Shown piece after piece: positions 51,370 through 64,000 of a stretch of 64,000 nucleotides of DNA. A program made the position numbers and the translations under genes. Below the pieces are notes generated by a model, which was not told where the DNA came from, did not search any database, and saw nothing but the letters and a program-made list of their open reading frames with translations. Source of the DNA: Anaeramoeba ignava BMAN. Its lineage: Eukaryota; Protista; Anaeramoebae. The stretch covers positions 762,478-826,477 of the forward strand of contig JAPDFW010000022.1 in assembly GCA_028826165.1 (NCBI GenBank). The letters run 5' to 3'. How positions within the stretch are numbered: the first letter of the stretch is position 1; each line of letters opens with the position of its first letter.

Positions 51370-53280
51370 AAATTTGGTTTTAATTTAATTTTAAATTGAT
51401 TTTAAATTGATTTTAATTTGATTTAAATTGATTTTAAATTGATTTTAAATTGATTTTAATTTGATTTTAAATTTGATTTTAAATTGATTTTAAATTGATT
51501 TTAAATTGATTTTAAATTGATTTAATTTGATTTTAAATTGATTTTAAATTGATTTTAAATTGATTTTAAATTTGATTTAAATTTGATTTTAAATTGATTT
51601 TAAATTGATTTTAATTTGATTTTAAATTGATTTTAATTTGATTTTAATTTGATTTTAAATTGATTTTAAATTTGATTTTAAATTGATTTGATTTTAAATT
51701 GATTTTAAATTGATTTTAAATTGATTTTAAATTGATTTAAATTGATTTTAAATTGATTTTAAATTGATTTTGATTTGATTTTAATTTGATTTTAAATTGA
51801 TTTAAAATTGATTTTAAATTGATTTTAAATTTGATTTTAAATTGATTTTAAATTTGATTTTAAATTGATTTTAAATTTGATTTTAAATTGATTTTAAATT
51901 GATTTTAAATTGATTTTAATTTGATTTTAAATTTGATTTTAAATTGATTTTAAATTGATTTTAAATTGATTTTAAATTGATTTTGATTTGATTTTAATTT
52001 GATTTTAAATTGATTTAAAATTGATTTTAAATTGATTTTAAATTTGATTTTAAATTGATTTTAAATTTGATTTAAATTGATTTTAAATTGATTTTAAATT
52101 GATTTTAATTTGATTTTAAATTTGATTTTAAATTGATGATTTTAAATTGATTTTAAATTGATTTTGATTTGATTTTAAATTGATTTTAAATTGATTTTAA
52201 TTTGATTTTAAATTGATTTTGATTTGATTTTGATTTGATTTTAAATTGATTTTAAATTGATTTTAAATTGATTTTGGTTTGATTTTAAATTTGATTTTAA
52301 TTTGATTTTAAATTTGATTTTAGTTAGATTTTAAATTGATTTTAAATTGATTTTAAATTGATTTTAAATTGATTTTGATTTGATTTTAATTTGATTTTAA
52401 ATTGATTTAAAATTGATTTTAAATTGATTTTAAATTTGATTTAAATTGATTTTAAATTGATTTTAAATTGATTTTAAATTGATTTTAATTTGATTTAAAT
52501 TGATTTTAAATTGATTTTAAATTGATTTTAAATTGATTTTGATTTGATTTTAAATTGATTTTAAATTGATTTTAATTTGATTTTAAATTGATTTTGATTT
52601 GATTTTGATTTGATTTTAAATTGATTTTAAATTGATTTTAAATTGATTTTAAATTGATTTAAAATTGATTTTAAATTGATTTTAAATTTGATTTTAATTT
52701 GATTTTAAATTGATTTTAAATTGATTTTAAATTGATTTTAAATTGATTTTAAATTGATTTTAAATTGATTTTAAATTGATTTTAATTTGATTTAAATTTG
52801 ATTTAAATTTGATTTTAATTTGATTTTAATTTGATTTTAATTTGATTTTAATTTGATTTTAATTTGATTTTAATTTGATTTTGATTTGATTTTGATTTGA
52901 TTTTAAATTTGATTTTAATTTGATTTTAAATTTGATTTTAGTTAGATTTTAAATTTGATTTTAATTTGATTTTAAATTGATTTTAATTTGATTTTAAATT
53001 GATTTTAAATTGATTTTAAATTGATTTTAATTTGATTTTAAATTTGATTTTAATTTGATTTTAAATTGATTTTAAATTGATTTTAAATTGATTTTAATTT
53101 GATTTTAATTTGATTTTAAATTGATTTAAAATTGATTTTAAATTGATTTAAATTTGATTTTAAATTGATTTTAAATTGATTTTAAATTGATTTTAAATTG
53201 ATTTTAAATTTGATTTTAAATTGATTTTAAATTGATTTTGGTTTGATTTTAATTTGATTTTAAATTGATTTTAGTTAGAT
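51370..53280. repeat. Intergenic 11-bp satellite (TTGATTTTAAA)
   Basis: About 1.9 kb; direct inspection. Confidence 0.92.
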
Positions 53281-53665
53281 TTTATGATTTTTGGAAAATC
53301 TGAGTGGAAAAATTTTTTCATTTTCTTTTTTTTTGGTTTTTTTTTTTTTTAAATTAATTTAATTTAATTTGCTATTTTTTTTGATTTGAATTTTTGTTTT
53401 TGATCATTTTCCAAATATTAAAATTTTTTAATCTAATTGTGAATAAAAAAAATAAAAATAAAACAATGATTAATCCTAATTATTTTAATAATAATTTAAT
53501 TGAAAAAAAAATAAATAAAAAAAATTTAATTTTCTCCTTTTTTTTTTCTCTTTTTTTAATTTAATTAAAAATTTTTTTTTTTTTCATTTTTTCATTTTTT
53601 CATCTTTTATTTTTTGTCTTTTTAATTAATTAATTAATATTAATATTAATATTATAAAAAAAAAA

Positions 53666-55211
53666 ATGGATATTGTTACAACAGTTGAAGCTACAACAGA
53701 TTTATGTCCAACAGTTGCATATTTTTATGGGTAAATAAAATATAATAAAATAAAATAAAATAAAATGAATTTTATAATTAATAAAAAAAGCAAATGAAAA
53801 AATACAAAAATACCATCATTTAATTTATTAAATAATAAAAAAAAAATTTCAAAAAAAAAAAAAATAAATCAAAAATTTACAAATTAAAAAATTAAATTAA
53901 TAAAGAATTTAAATAAAAAAAAAATCAAACTCATCATAATTTTTCAATTGTTTTTTTTTTTTTTCAATTTAAAAATATTAGTTATTTAGGTTGTGCTATT
54001 GCTTTAATCTTTTCCTGTTTGGGAAGTGCTTATGGAACTGCTAAATCTGGAGTTGGTGTTTGTGCTATGGGTGTTACTAGATCTGATTTAATTATGAAAG
54101 CAATTGTCCCAGTTGTTATGGTATTTTTCATTATATATTTTTCATTTATTATTTCAAAATTCAATATTAATATTAAAATTTAATATATAATTAAAATTAA
54201 AATTAAAATTAAAATTCATTTATAAAATTAAATTTAAAATTAAAAAAATTAAATTCATTTATAAAATTAATATTAAATTAAAATTTAAATTCATTTATAA
54301 AATTAAAATTCATTTATAAAATTAAAATTAAAATTCATTTATAAAATTAAAATTAAAATTAAAATTAAAATTAAAAATTAAAATTAAAATTAAATATAAA
54401 ATTAAATATAAAATTCAATATAAAATTCATTTATAAAATTAAAATTAAATTTAAAATTAAAATTAAAATTAAAATTAAAATTAAAATTAAAATTAAAATT
54501 AAAATTAAAATTAAAATTAAAATTAAAAATAAAATTAAAAATTAAAATTAAAATTAAAATTAAAATTAAAATTAAAATTAAAATTAAAATTAAAATTAAA
54601 ATTAAAATTAAAATTAAAATTAAAATTAAATATAAAATTAAAATTAAAATTAAAATTAAATTTAAAATTAAAATTAATATTAATATTAAAATTAAAATTC
54701 ATTTATAAAATTAAAATTCATTTATAAAATTAAAATTAAAATTAAAATTAAATATAAAATTAAAATTAAAATTAAATATAAAATTAAAATTAAAATTAAA
54801 ATAGGCTAGTATTATTGGTATTTATGGGCTGATTATTGCTGTCATTATAACTACAGGAAGTAAATAAAACTTTTAAACAAATTTAATGAATCAAAAAAAA
54901 AATTAATAAAAAATAAAAAATCAAACCAAATTAAATAAAAAGTTACTGAAGATAATTATCCGAAATATCTTGGATTCTCACATTTAGCAGCAGGATTAGC
55001 AGTAGGATTATCAGGATTAGGAGCAGGTATGACAATTGGAATTGTCGGTGATGCAGGAGTAAGAGGTTATGCAAGTCAAAACAAGATTTTTGTTGCAATG
55101 ATTTTAATTCTTATTTTTGCAGAGGCTTTGGCTTTATACGGTTTAATTATTGGTTTGATATTGGGTTCTCGTTCTAGTAGTGCAAAATGCAATCCAAATC
55201 CTGCTGGATAA
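53666..55211 (+). CDS. ATP6V0C: V-type H+-ATPase 16-kDa proteolipid subunit c; exons 53666-53730, 53982-54120, 54805-54859, 54943-55211
   Basis: [31 protein letters not shown]...[20 protein letters not shown]...[29 protein letters not shown]...[21 protein letters not shown], with the conserved proton-carrying Glu. Confidence 0.96.
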
Positions 55212-55484
55212 ACAACTTTTTTTTTTTCTTTTTTTTAATTTTTCTTTTTTCTTTTTCATGATCTAAAAAAAATTTTTTCTTTTTTTTTTAAGTCAGAAAT
55301 TTGATCCAAATTTTACGTTCACAAAGAAAAAATTTCCTTTTTTTTTTCAAACAAATATTACAAAAAAAATAATAAATTCCACTTTCAAAAAAAATAAATT
55401 TTTTTTCATTTTTTTTTCATTTTCATTTTTTTCATTTTTTTCATTTTTTTCATTTTAAAATTAAAATTAAAATTAAAAATAAAA

Positions 55485-58400
55485 ATGTCTTTACATCCAA
55501 GAATTATAAATAATCCTCAAAATCTTGAAGAACTTCAAAATTCATTTCTTTCTTCAAATGAAAAATCTTCAGCAAAAGTTATTTATAAAAAATCTAATGA
55601 AAAATCTAAAGAAATTGAAATTGAAAAAGAAAATGAAAAAGAAATTGAAAAAGAAAAAGAAAATGAAAAAGAAATTGAAAAAGAAATTCAAATTGAAAAA
55701 ATACCAAAAAAAAAATCTATTTTTCGAAAACAAATGGAAAATCTAAAATTAATAAATTTAAAAGAAAAAGAAAAGGAAAAAGAAATAAAAAGTAAAATTA
55801 AAAATTTATAAGAAAAATTTTATATTAATTTTAATTTAAAAAAAAAAATACAGAAATTTTTCAAAAGGTTTCGATTCCTGAAATTAAAGAAAGAAATATA
55901 ATTAATGAAAGTTTATTCTCTCCACCAAAACAAAGAGAAGTAGCATTTCCAATTCCAACAAAAAGAAGAATAATTAAAACAAATCAAAAAAATCAAAATC
56001 AAAATGAAAATGAAAATGAAAATGAAAATCAAAATCAAAATCAAATTGAAAATCAAAATTTAAATCAAAATTTAAATCAAAATAAAAATCAAAATCAAAA
56101 TCAAAATCAAAATCAAAATCAAAATCAAAATCAAAATCAAAATTTAAATCAAAAAACAATGTTTAGTGAATTTAAACATTATATTCAAGGAAATTTATCA
56201 AATCAAAAAGAAATTTATGATGAAGATATTGATAATGTAACTGATAAAATTATCACAGAAATGGATGAGGCTCAAATCAAAAAAGCACGTGAAGAATTAA
56301 TGAAATTACTTGATCCTGAAACTATTCAAACATTAAAACAAAGAGGACAAGAAAAAATGAAACAAAAACCTGATCACAAATTAAAGCAATTTTTGAAAAA
56401 GAAAAAACAACCAATTCAAAATTTTCAATTCAAAAATAAACAAAAGGAAAAAAAAGAAAGATTGAATGCAATAAAAAATGTTCTCGATAATGGAAATACT
56501 GAAGAAGAATGGGAAAAATTAGCATTGAATCAAAAGAATGAAAATGAAAGAAGAAAAATAGAATGGATTTCAAACAATTCACGAAAGGAAAAGGAAAAGG
56601 AAAAGGAATATCGATTCAATTTCCAAGGACAATTTATATCAGATTCATTTTCAGAAGAAATTCCTGTTCATTCAGGACTTCATCATCACGGAAAAGAGCC
56701 TGAAAAGCCAGGATATTCTCTAACAGAAATATTAATGCTATCACGAAGCAAAACAGCATCGCAACGCGCAATTGCATTTAATATAATAACTGAATTAATA
56801 CATAAAATTCAATTGAAAGAAAACATCCAAAATGAAGCATATAAATATGTCAAGGATAATTTCATTAGTTATGGAGGTGGATTAGTAATTTTGTATTCAA
56901 TCCAAGAAAAGCATCAATCTGTATTTGCTTCGATGATAAATTCATTGCGCAATTTTGTTGTCTCTCAATCCACTGAGGAATTTTTTGATTGGATTGAGCT
57001 AACATTTCGAGGTTATGAAATCCCAAGCATTTATCCAAGCATCCCAGAGTATAAAACTTATCATCGAAAGCAAAGCAAAAGAGGAAGAACAGATGAACCG
57101 ACTAATCTCCAAATATTACTCACCAAAAATCCTATTCAATTACTTGTTGATCATGGACTAATCAGAATTTTAACATCCATTTTATCCGAAATGCAATTTT
57201 CATTTGATTCCATTTATTTCATGATATTCGAAATTTTGGTTGTTTGTGCTCGCAACTCTGAAAATGCAAAAATGCAAATGGTTCAAAACAAAAAATTTCT
57301 CAGGACAATTTCTGATAAATACATTGACAAATTTCCAGGTTCACTTAGATTGCTCAAAGTTATTTGCCAATGTTCAAAGGAGTTATTTCTTCAAATGAAC
57401 ACAACAGAGCATTCAATACTTTTTGCAAAATCGAAGCAATTTATTCGCGAAACAAACCAAAAACAAATTACAAGAAATATCATCTCTGTAGAAAAGGAGG
57501 CAATGAATTTATGGAGAATTACAATGGGTTTTGGAACTGATTTTTCTTCTTTTGTCCCAAGTTTTGACAAGTTTGTCTCAATTCTCCAAAATGAAAACTT
57601 CATTCTTTCAACTACGGTTTACAATTTATATGAAAAGGCAATTTATATTGCAAGCCAAAAACCCGATAACACTATTTTGATTTGGGATTTTATCCTTCCT
57701 TTTCTTGATTCAGCATTTCAAAACTCAATCACTTTATCCAAGAAAATAAAAGAATATTTGGATATTTTAAAATCAAATGATGCCAATCCAAAAACTATTC
57801 ATAACCAAAATTTCCCCGATTTATTACTTTGTTTATCGAGTATCTTCCATTTTTTGGGTTCTTATTATTCAGAAATTTCAGAAGAATTGAGAGTTTCCAA
57901 AATTCCTCTTCAAGAAGAAATTGAATTTTATTTCCAGAAATATATATTATCTTTAGAAAAACTCAACTATTTATCGATTTCATTCAAAAGAAAAGGAAAG
58001 TTTAAAACACCAAAATTTCCAGCGCAAATATTCCAAAACAACTTCAATAATTTCCTGTTTGGAGATAAATTCACAAAGGATCAGAAGGAACAGATTAGTT
58101 TGTGGAGCTGTTTAGCAGCATTTTCCAGGTTAATCTTGGAAATGGGTAATAAAGTTCCTTCACAATTAGAATATATTCAAAAAATTGTTCCTGACTTGAT
58201 GGATTTACTTGATGAAGAACAACGTATTTTATCTTCTTCAATTCAACCAAAAGAAAACGACAGAATAAGATTTGTTTATCGACAACGCACTTTTATGATC
58301 TATTACATTGTGATGCTTCTTGATAAGTTGGCAAATCAGGGATTTTTGGAAAATCATCATTTGCTCAAAATTCATTTGGCAAGTTTTTCTTTATTGAAAT

Positions 58401-59470
58401 GGATAATTTCCATCGACCAATTTTTGGCATATAATCTTCTTCATCAAATCATTTTCAGTCAAAATTACATTATTTTGCTAGAAAAACAACTCGAAATTCC
58501 TGATAAAATTGCCACTGATACTCTTGAATTATCGAATTTTCTTCAACAATATTATTTCAATATCATTTTTGCAAACAAAGAATTCAAAATCTCACAAAGT
58601 TTGACTCTATTCACAATTTCTTCCATCCAAGGATTTTCATTCCCGCTTTATCATAAAAACCACAAAAAGAGTTCAAATGTGTATTTTTCATTAGTAGATG
58701 ATTTTCTCTATCGTCCATTAATTGATATTTCGTTGAAATATTGTGGAAAATATTTATCGAATTCTGAAATCATTCCTCAAATCAATGAAAATTTAACTCG
58801 TTTACTTTATTCTATTTTTTTAATTGAAACAAATTACCAAAATTCTGGAATCCAAATTTTTAAACACAAAAATCAAGGCTCTCGAAAGTGTCTTTATTTA
58901 TCACATCTTTTTGTTGGATTACTCAATTTTTGGATCACAAAATCACCAACTTCATTTCTTCTTTGTGGGATTTATATCATTTTCAGTCATTCTTTAACAT
59001 CCATCCCTCTCAACCATTATACAGCAATAGAATATCAAAAATCAATGAAAAATTCACTTATTCACAATCGCAATTATTATGACTTTGTTTTGGAATTAGT
59101 CAAACAATATCAAGCAGAATCGTTCGGAAATTCTTCTTTTTCAAAAGTTATGCTTGAGTTTTTTGCAATGGATTCCCCATCAAAATATCGTAAATTAGTT
59201 TGGACTGAATTCTTGCCAATTCTTCGTTTTATTCAACCTCCTCTTGATTATTATTCAAATCACAACTTTGTTCTTGCATTTATTCATCCTCTTGAAAATG
59301 ATGTTTCTGTTCTTTCTTTAATGAAAGATGCCTTGCTTAAGAAATTTATCACTCTTGAAAAAAATCCCTTTTTGTTTTTAGTTGCAATTCATCATTTATC
59401 TTCTTTTATTTTTGATCCAAAATCTAATTTAAATTTTGGATATCGAATTGAATATTTTCGTTCATTTTAA
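55485..59470 (+). CDS. RPAP1: RNA polymerase II-associated protein 1 (RPAP1/Rba50/MINIYO-like); exons 55485-55791 and 55854-~59470; true 3' end probably further downstream
   Basis: EIYDEDIDNV...MDEAQIKKAREELMKLLDPETIQTLKQR (RPAP1_N); YRFNFQG...SGLHHHGKEPEKPGYSLTEILMLSRS..ASQRAIA (RPAP1_C); C-terminal QYQAESFG..SF...KYRKLVW...FLFLVAIHHLSSFIF. Confidence 0.88.
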
Positions 59471-59877
59471 AAGAAAAATTCAATTGTATGTTTTTAATTA
59501 ATTATTATTTATATTTAAATTATTTAAATTAATTAATTTATTTATTTAAACTAATCAAATTAGGAAATTTTTCAATGATTTTGTGGTTATCATCAAAAAT
59601 TATTCAATTCAATTAATAAGTTAAAGTTAATTGATTTTTTGTATTAGATAAAGAGGAAATGATTAAAAAGATAGAAGAGTTATTAATCAAAAATAAAATC
59701 AATTAAAAATCAATCAAAAATAAAATCAATCAAAAATAAAATCAAAAAGATTTAATTTTGTTTTGCAAAAAGAAAAGAAATTTTGTTTTTGAGATTAATT
59801 AAAAAAAAAAAAAGTGGAACAAAAAAAGTCAAAAGAAAAGAAATAGAAAGAAATAGAAAAAAGAAAAAAAATTTTCT

Positions 59878-62608
59878 TCATTTGTTATTTCCTTTTTGAA
59901 TAGAAACATTATCAATTTCTGGTCGAATTTTTGAACATATCAACGATTTTTGATAAAAATCAATTTGAGAATCTAAATATTCAGCAAGCATAATTTTGGA
60001 ATCTTCAAGTCTTGAAGTTCTAAAATGTTCCTATTAATTTAAAAAATTTTATAAGTTTATATAAAATTATATAAAATTATATAAAATTAATTTTTATTTA
60101 CTGATTCTGCTAATAAAATTATTGATGTTGTATCTGCTCCTTCTTTTGCTCTTTCTGTTTGTTTACGAGCTTGTTCAATTTTTAATTTTTCTTTTTCCTA
60201 AAATTTTTATTTTTATTTAAATTTTAATTTTTAACATGAAATTTTTAATTTTTAATTTTTTACATTTTGAAGAGCATTTCTTTCTGCTTTAATTAAAGCG
60301 TTTTGTGTAACATGATAATTTAAACGAGCATCATCTCTTGTTTTTAAAGCAGGTTGAAAATTTGTAATAATTTGAGAGTATTCATTAAAATGACGAAGAG
60401 AATTTCCCAATTCGAAATCTGATTGTTCTTTATAATTAGCACCAATTGTATTCCAAGTTTCAGCAATTGATTTAATAATAGATTCAATTTTTGAAGAAGC
60501 ATCTTTTGCATTTGGTGGAACTTCTTCTCTCCAATCAAAACCTTGTTCACCAAAGTCTTTCCAAGCATTTGAGAATTTAGTTAAAGTTGTTGAAATGCCT
60601 TAAATTTTATTTAAATTTTCATAAATTTCATGTTATAAATAATTTTTTAAATAATTTTAAATAATTTTCATAAATTTCATGTTATAAATAATTTTTATTT
60701 AGATTTTTATTTAGATTTTTTTACTATCAGTTTTTAATGAACATAAATCACTTAATTGACCTGTTAAATTTCGGATTTTGCTGCATGAATCGATAAATGT
60801 GTTCGAAATGATTCTATTGATTTATCTTCTTTTGCATCTGGTTGTGTTTTTCAATATTTCCATTTTTAACTGAAGAAATTCCAGAAAGAAATCAACTTTT
60901 TCTTGCTGCTAATCGGTTTTTGAAATAACGAGTTTTTCTTGTTTCCCATTTTTCGATCTTTTTATTTTGAATTCAAGAATTCTTTTTCTTTTCTTTCTTA
61001 AAACTGGATGAGCTACTGGCAACGGTTAAAAAGTTTGAAGAGCTCGAAGACGAGTTTGTTCTGTTGTTTCTGAATTTGAGTCAATCTTTTTATTTTTAAA
61101 AAGCAAATTCTTTTTATTTTAAAATTATTAAAAATTTTTATTAAAATTATTATTAAAATTATTATTTTAAAATTATTATTTAAAATTATTAAAAATATTA
61201 TTTAAATTATTAGGAATAAAATATTATTAAAAATTATTATTAAAATTATTATTAAATTAGTTATTTAAAATTATTATTAAAATTATTATTTAAAATTATT
61301 ATTTAAATTTATTTTTATTAAAATTTTTATTTAAAATTATTAAAATTATTATTAAAATTATTATTTAAAATATTATTAAAAATTATTATTTAAATTATTA
61401 TTTAAATTATTATTTTAAATTTATTATTAAAAAATTATTGTATTAATTTATTAAAATTATTATTAAATTATTATTAAAATTATTATTAAAAATTATTATT
61501 ATTAAAATTATTATTAAAAATTATTATTAAAATTATTATTTAAAATTATTATTAAAATTTTAAATTATTATTAAAAATTATTATTAAAATTATTATTAAA
61601 ATTATTATTTAAAATTATTATTTAAAATTATTTAAAATTATTATTCAAAATTATTATTAAATTATTATTTAAAATTATTATTTACAAATTATTATTAAAA
61701 TTATTATTTAAATTATTATTAAAATTTATTATTATTAAAATTATTATTTAAAATTATTATTAAAATTATTATTAAAAATTATTATTAAAATATTATTTAA
61801 ATTTATTATTAAAAAATTATTATTTAAAAATTATTTGAATTTTTATTATTAAAATTATTATTAAAATTATTATTTAAATTATTATTAAAAATTATTAAAA
61901 TTATTAAAATTATTTTTAAAATTATTTTAAAATTATTATTTAAATTATTATTTAAAATTATTATTTAAAATTATTATTTAAATTATTATTAAAAATGATT
62001 TTTATATTTTTGGATTTTTGGATTTTTGGATAGAGTTAATATTTGTTGAAAGAAAAGAAAACGAATAAAAATTACGACAGCTTCAATTTTATAATAAGTA
62101 TGCTTTTAAAGTGACCTTTTTCAACTGTACCAGTAACACGAACATCAATAACAAGTTCTGAGAAGTATCAAACCCAAAGATGACCAGATTGAGATAAGGC
62201 AAACTTCTTTGGGATATTATCATCAGAATTATCCTGAGCAGAATTAGCACTCTCAACATTCTTAGAATTCTTTGTTGATTTCTGGGGTTTTTTTGTTGTC
62301 TTTTCTTGATCGACAGTTGGTTGAGTTTGCTGTTCTTTGATCTCAACATAACTTTTTATATCGTGATCAAGAAGTGAAAAAAATGGATGTTATTTTTGGA
62401 AATTTTGAGGTTGTTTGTTGTTTTGTTGATATTGATGATACCTTCCTGGGAAAAGACCCTGTGTTGCGTCAGGATCGTTCTTTAAATAACCAATCCACCA
62501 TCCAGAATCATTATCAATTGTTGTAACAATTATTTCATCTCCAGTATGTAAAGTAAGTTCTCCGTCTTCTTTTCCTTCATAATCATATTGTGCTATTGCA
62601 AATGACAT
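59878..62608 (-). CDS. SH3-PX-BAR sorting nexin (SNX9/18/33-like); several frameshifts, middle of the PX domain not found
   Basis: N-terminal SH3 (AIAQYDYEGKEDGELTL...GWWIG...GLFP). PX fragments (IDVRVTGTVEKGHFK..YYKI; EQTRLRALQTF...AHPVL). BAR C-terminus LLAESEHFRTSRLEDSKIMLAEYLDSQIDFYQK resembles the SNX9-family AE..HF...R..D.....YL..Q..FY motif. Confidence 0.72.
61120..61995. repeat. Intronic AT satellite (AAAATTATTATT)
   Basis: Direct inspection. Confidence 0.85.
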
Positions 62609-62836
62609 CTTTTTCCGTTATTATTTATTTCTTTTATTTATTTATTTCTTTGTTTTTTTTTTTTGAAAAAGGAAATTTTGAGAAAAATAATTGAAAAATA
62701 AAAAAAATGAAAAAAAATTTTTGCTTTTTATTTATTTTTTATTTATTTTTTCTCCTTTTTTTTTCTCCTTTTTATTTTTATTTTATTTTTCATTTTTTTC
62801 TTTTAAAATAATTTTTAAAAATAATTAAATTTAAAA

Positions 62837-64000
62837 ATGGAAATTGAAGATAAAAAAACAGAAGACTCAAAAATATGGTAATTTATATTTAAAACTAAAC
62901 AAATTTATAAACAATTCAATTTAATAAACAATTATAAACAAATTTAAAATTAAAATAATCAAAATTTTAAATTTATAAAACAAATAAGCAAACAACCTAT
63001 AATTAAATTAATACACAATTTATAAACAAATTTATAATTAAATTAATTAAACAATTTAATAAACAAAATTTATAATTAAATTTATAATTAAATTTAATAA
63101 TTAAATTAGCAAATAAACAAATTAATTAAATTGTAATCCAAATTAAACAAATTTATAAACAAATTTATAATTGGGTATAATTAAATTTATATAAACACAA
63201 TTTTATAATTAAATTAATAAACAAATTTATAAACAAATTTTATAAATTTATAACTAAATTTTAACAAATTAATAAACAAATTTAAACAAATTTAATAAAA
63301 ATTTTAAAATAATTTAAATTTATAAACAAATTAATAAAATTTACCTTATAATCAAATCATAAATTAAATTTATTAAATTAAATTTAAAAATAATTAATTT
63401 ATAATTAAAATTAATAATAAACCAAACAAAATTAAACAATTGTAAATTTAATTAAATTTTATAATTAATAAACAAATTACAACTTAAAGATTAAATTTAT
63501 AATTAAATTTATAAACAATTAATTATAATTAAATTTATAATTAAATTTATAAATAAAATTCATTAAAAATTTAGTAAATTAAATTTATAAAACATTAAAT
63601 TTATAATTGTAATTTATAATTAAATTTATAAACAAATTTATAAATTAAATTTATAATTAAATTTATGCTCCAAATTTATAATTAAATTTATAATTAAATT
63701 ATAAACAAATTTTATAAACAAATTAAATTTTATACTTAAATTTATAAACAATTTATGTAAACAAATTTAATTATATTTATTTCCAAAATTTATAATATAT
63801 TTATTTCTCCTATAATAAATTAATAAATTTCCAAGATGGAATTAGAGAAGATTTCTGTTATAAGCATCAGCTTTAATGATGTTTGGTTAGAATGTGGATT
63901 GGAAGGATCAAACAACAGCACAAGTTATTTCAAATTTTAAAAACAAATATAGAAATTTAATTCATTCTTTTAAAAGTCTTGGATATGAAGAATTATTAAA
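62837..64000 (+). CDS. 5' part of an unidentified gene (exon 62837-62877, AT-repeat intron, second exon from about 63835), truncated by the window edge
   Basis: ATG after a TCATTT-rich promoter, MEIEDKKTEDSKI(W)|GT, then higher-GC coding-like sequence after ...CAAG at about 63835 with apparent indels. Confidence 0.45.

Noticed and set aside
51370-53280. Telomere-like or mobile-element origin of the TTGATTTTAAA array
   Set aside because: It is internal, degenerate and not G-rich, with no terminal repeats, target-site duplication or transposase/RT coding sequence in the window.

Overview
Extremely AT-rich, intron-containing eukaryotic genomic DNA. The standard code appears to apply, since TAA and TGA end clear genes. 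The style (RCC1-BTB, ankyrin-BTB and BTB-BACK genes, 55-115 nt minimal introns plus satellite-expanded introns, TCATTT-rich promoters) suggests an anaerobic protist such as Anaeramoeba (Metamonada); this assignment is inference. About 18 protein-coding genes were reconstructed by hand by splicing GT-AG introns: BTB-BACK (frameshifted), RCC1-BTB, CDC45, TSEN34, acid-ceramidase-like/EGF/TM, an SR splicing factor, an NCoR/Snt1-like SANT protein, a ZYP1-like coiled coil, an Akt-like PH kinase, CRNKL1/CLF1, DBP2/DDX5, ZPR1, a PH-RRM-like protein, ankyrin-BTB, V-ATPase c, RPAP1, an SNX9-like SH3-PX-BAR protein and a partial gene at the right end. The standout is the ankyrin-BTB gene (47621-51288). 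Each ankyrin repeat is its own phase-0 exon, and between consecutive repeats lie 2-4 single-codon (3-nt) AG|NNN|GT microexons, 19 in total. They encode exactly the variable beta-hairpin residues of the ankyrin binding surface, making this a candidate splicing-based receptor-diversification system. Second is a probable synaptonemal-complex transverse-filament (ZYP1-like) gene. Several genes carry single-base frameshifts in homopolymers, probably assembly errors. All exon models are from sequence inspection only.
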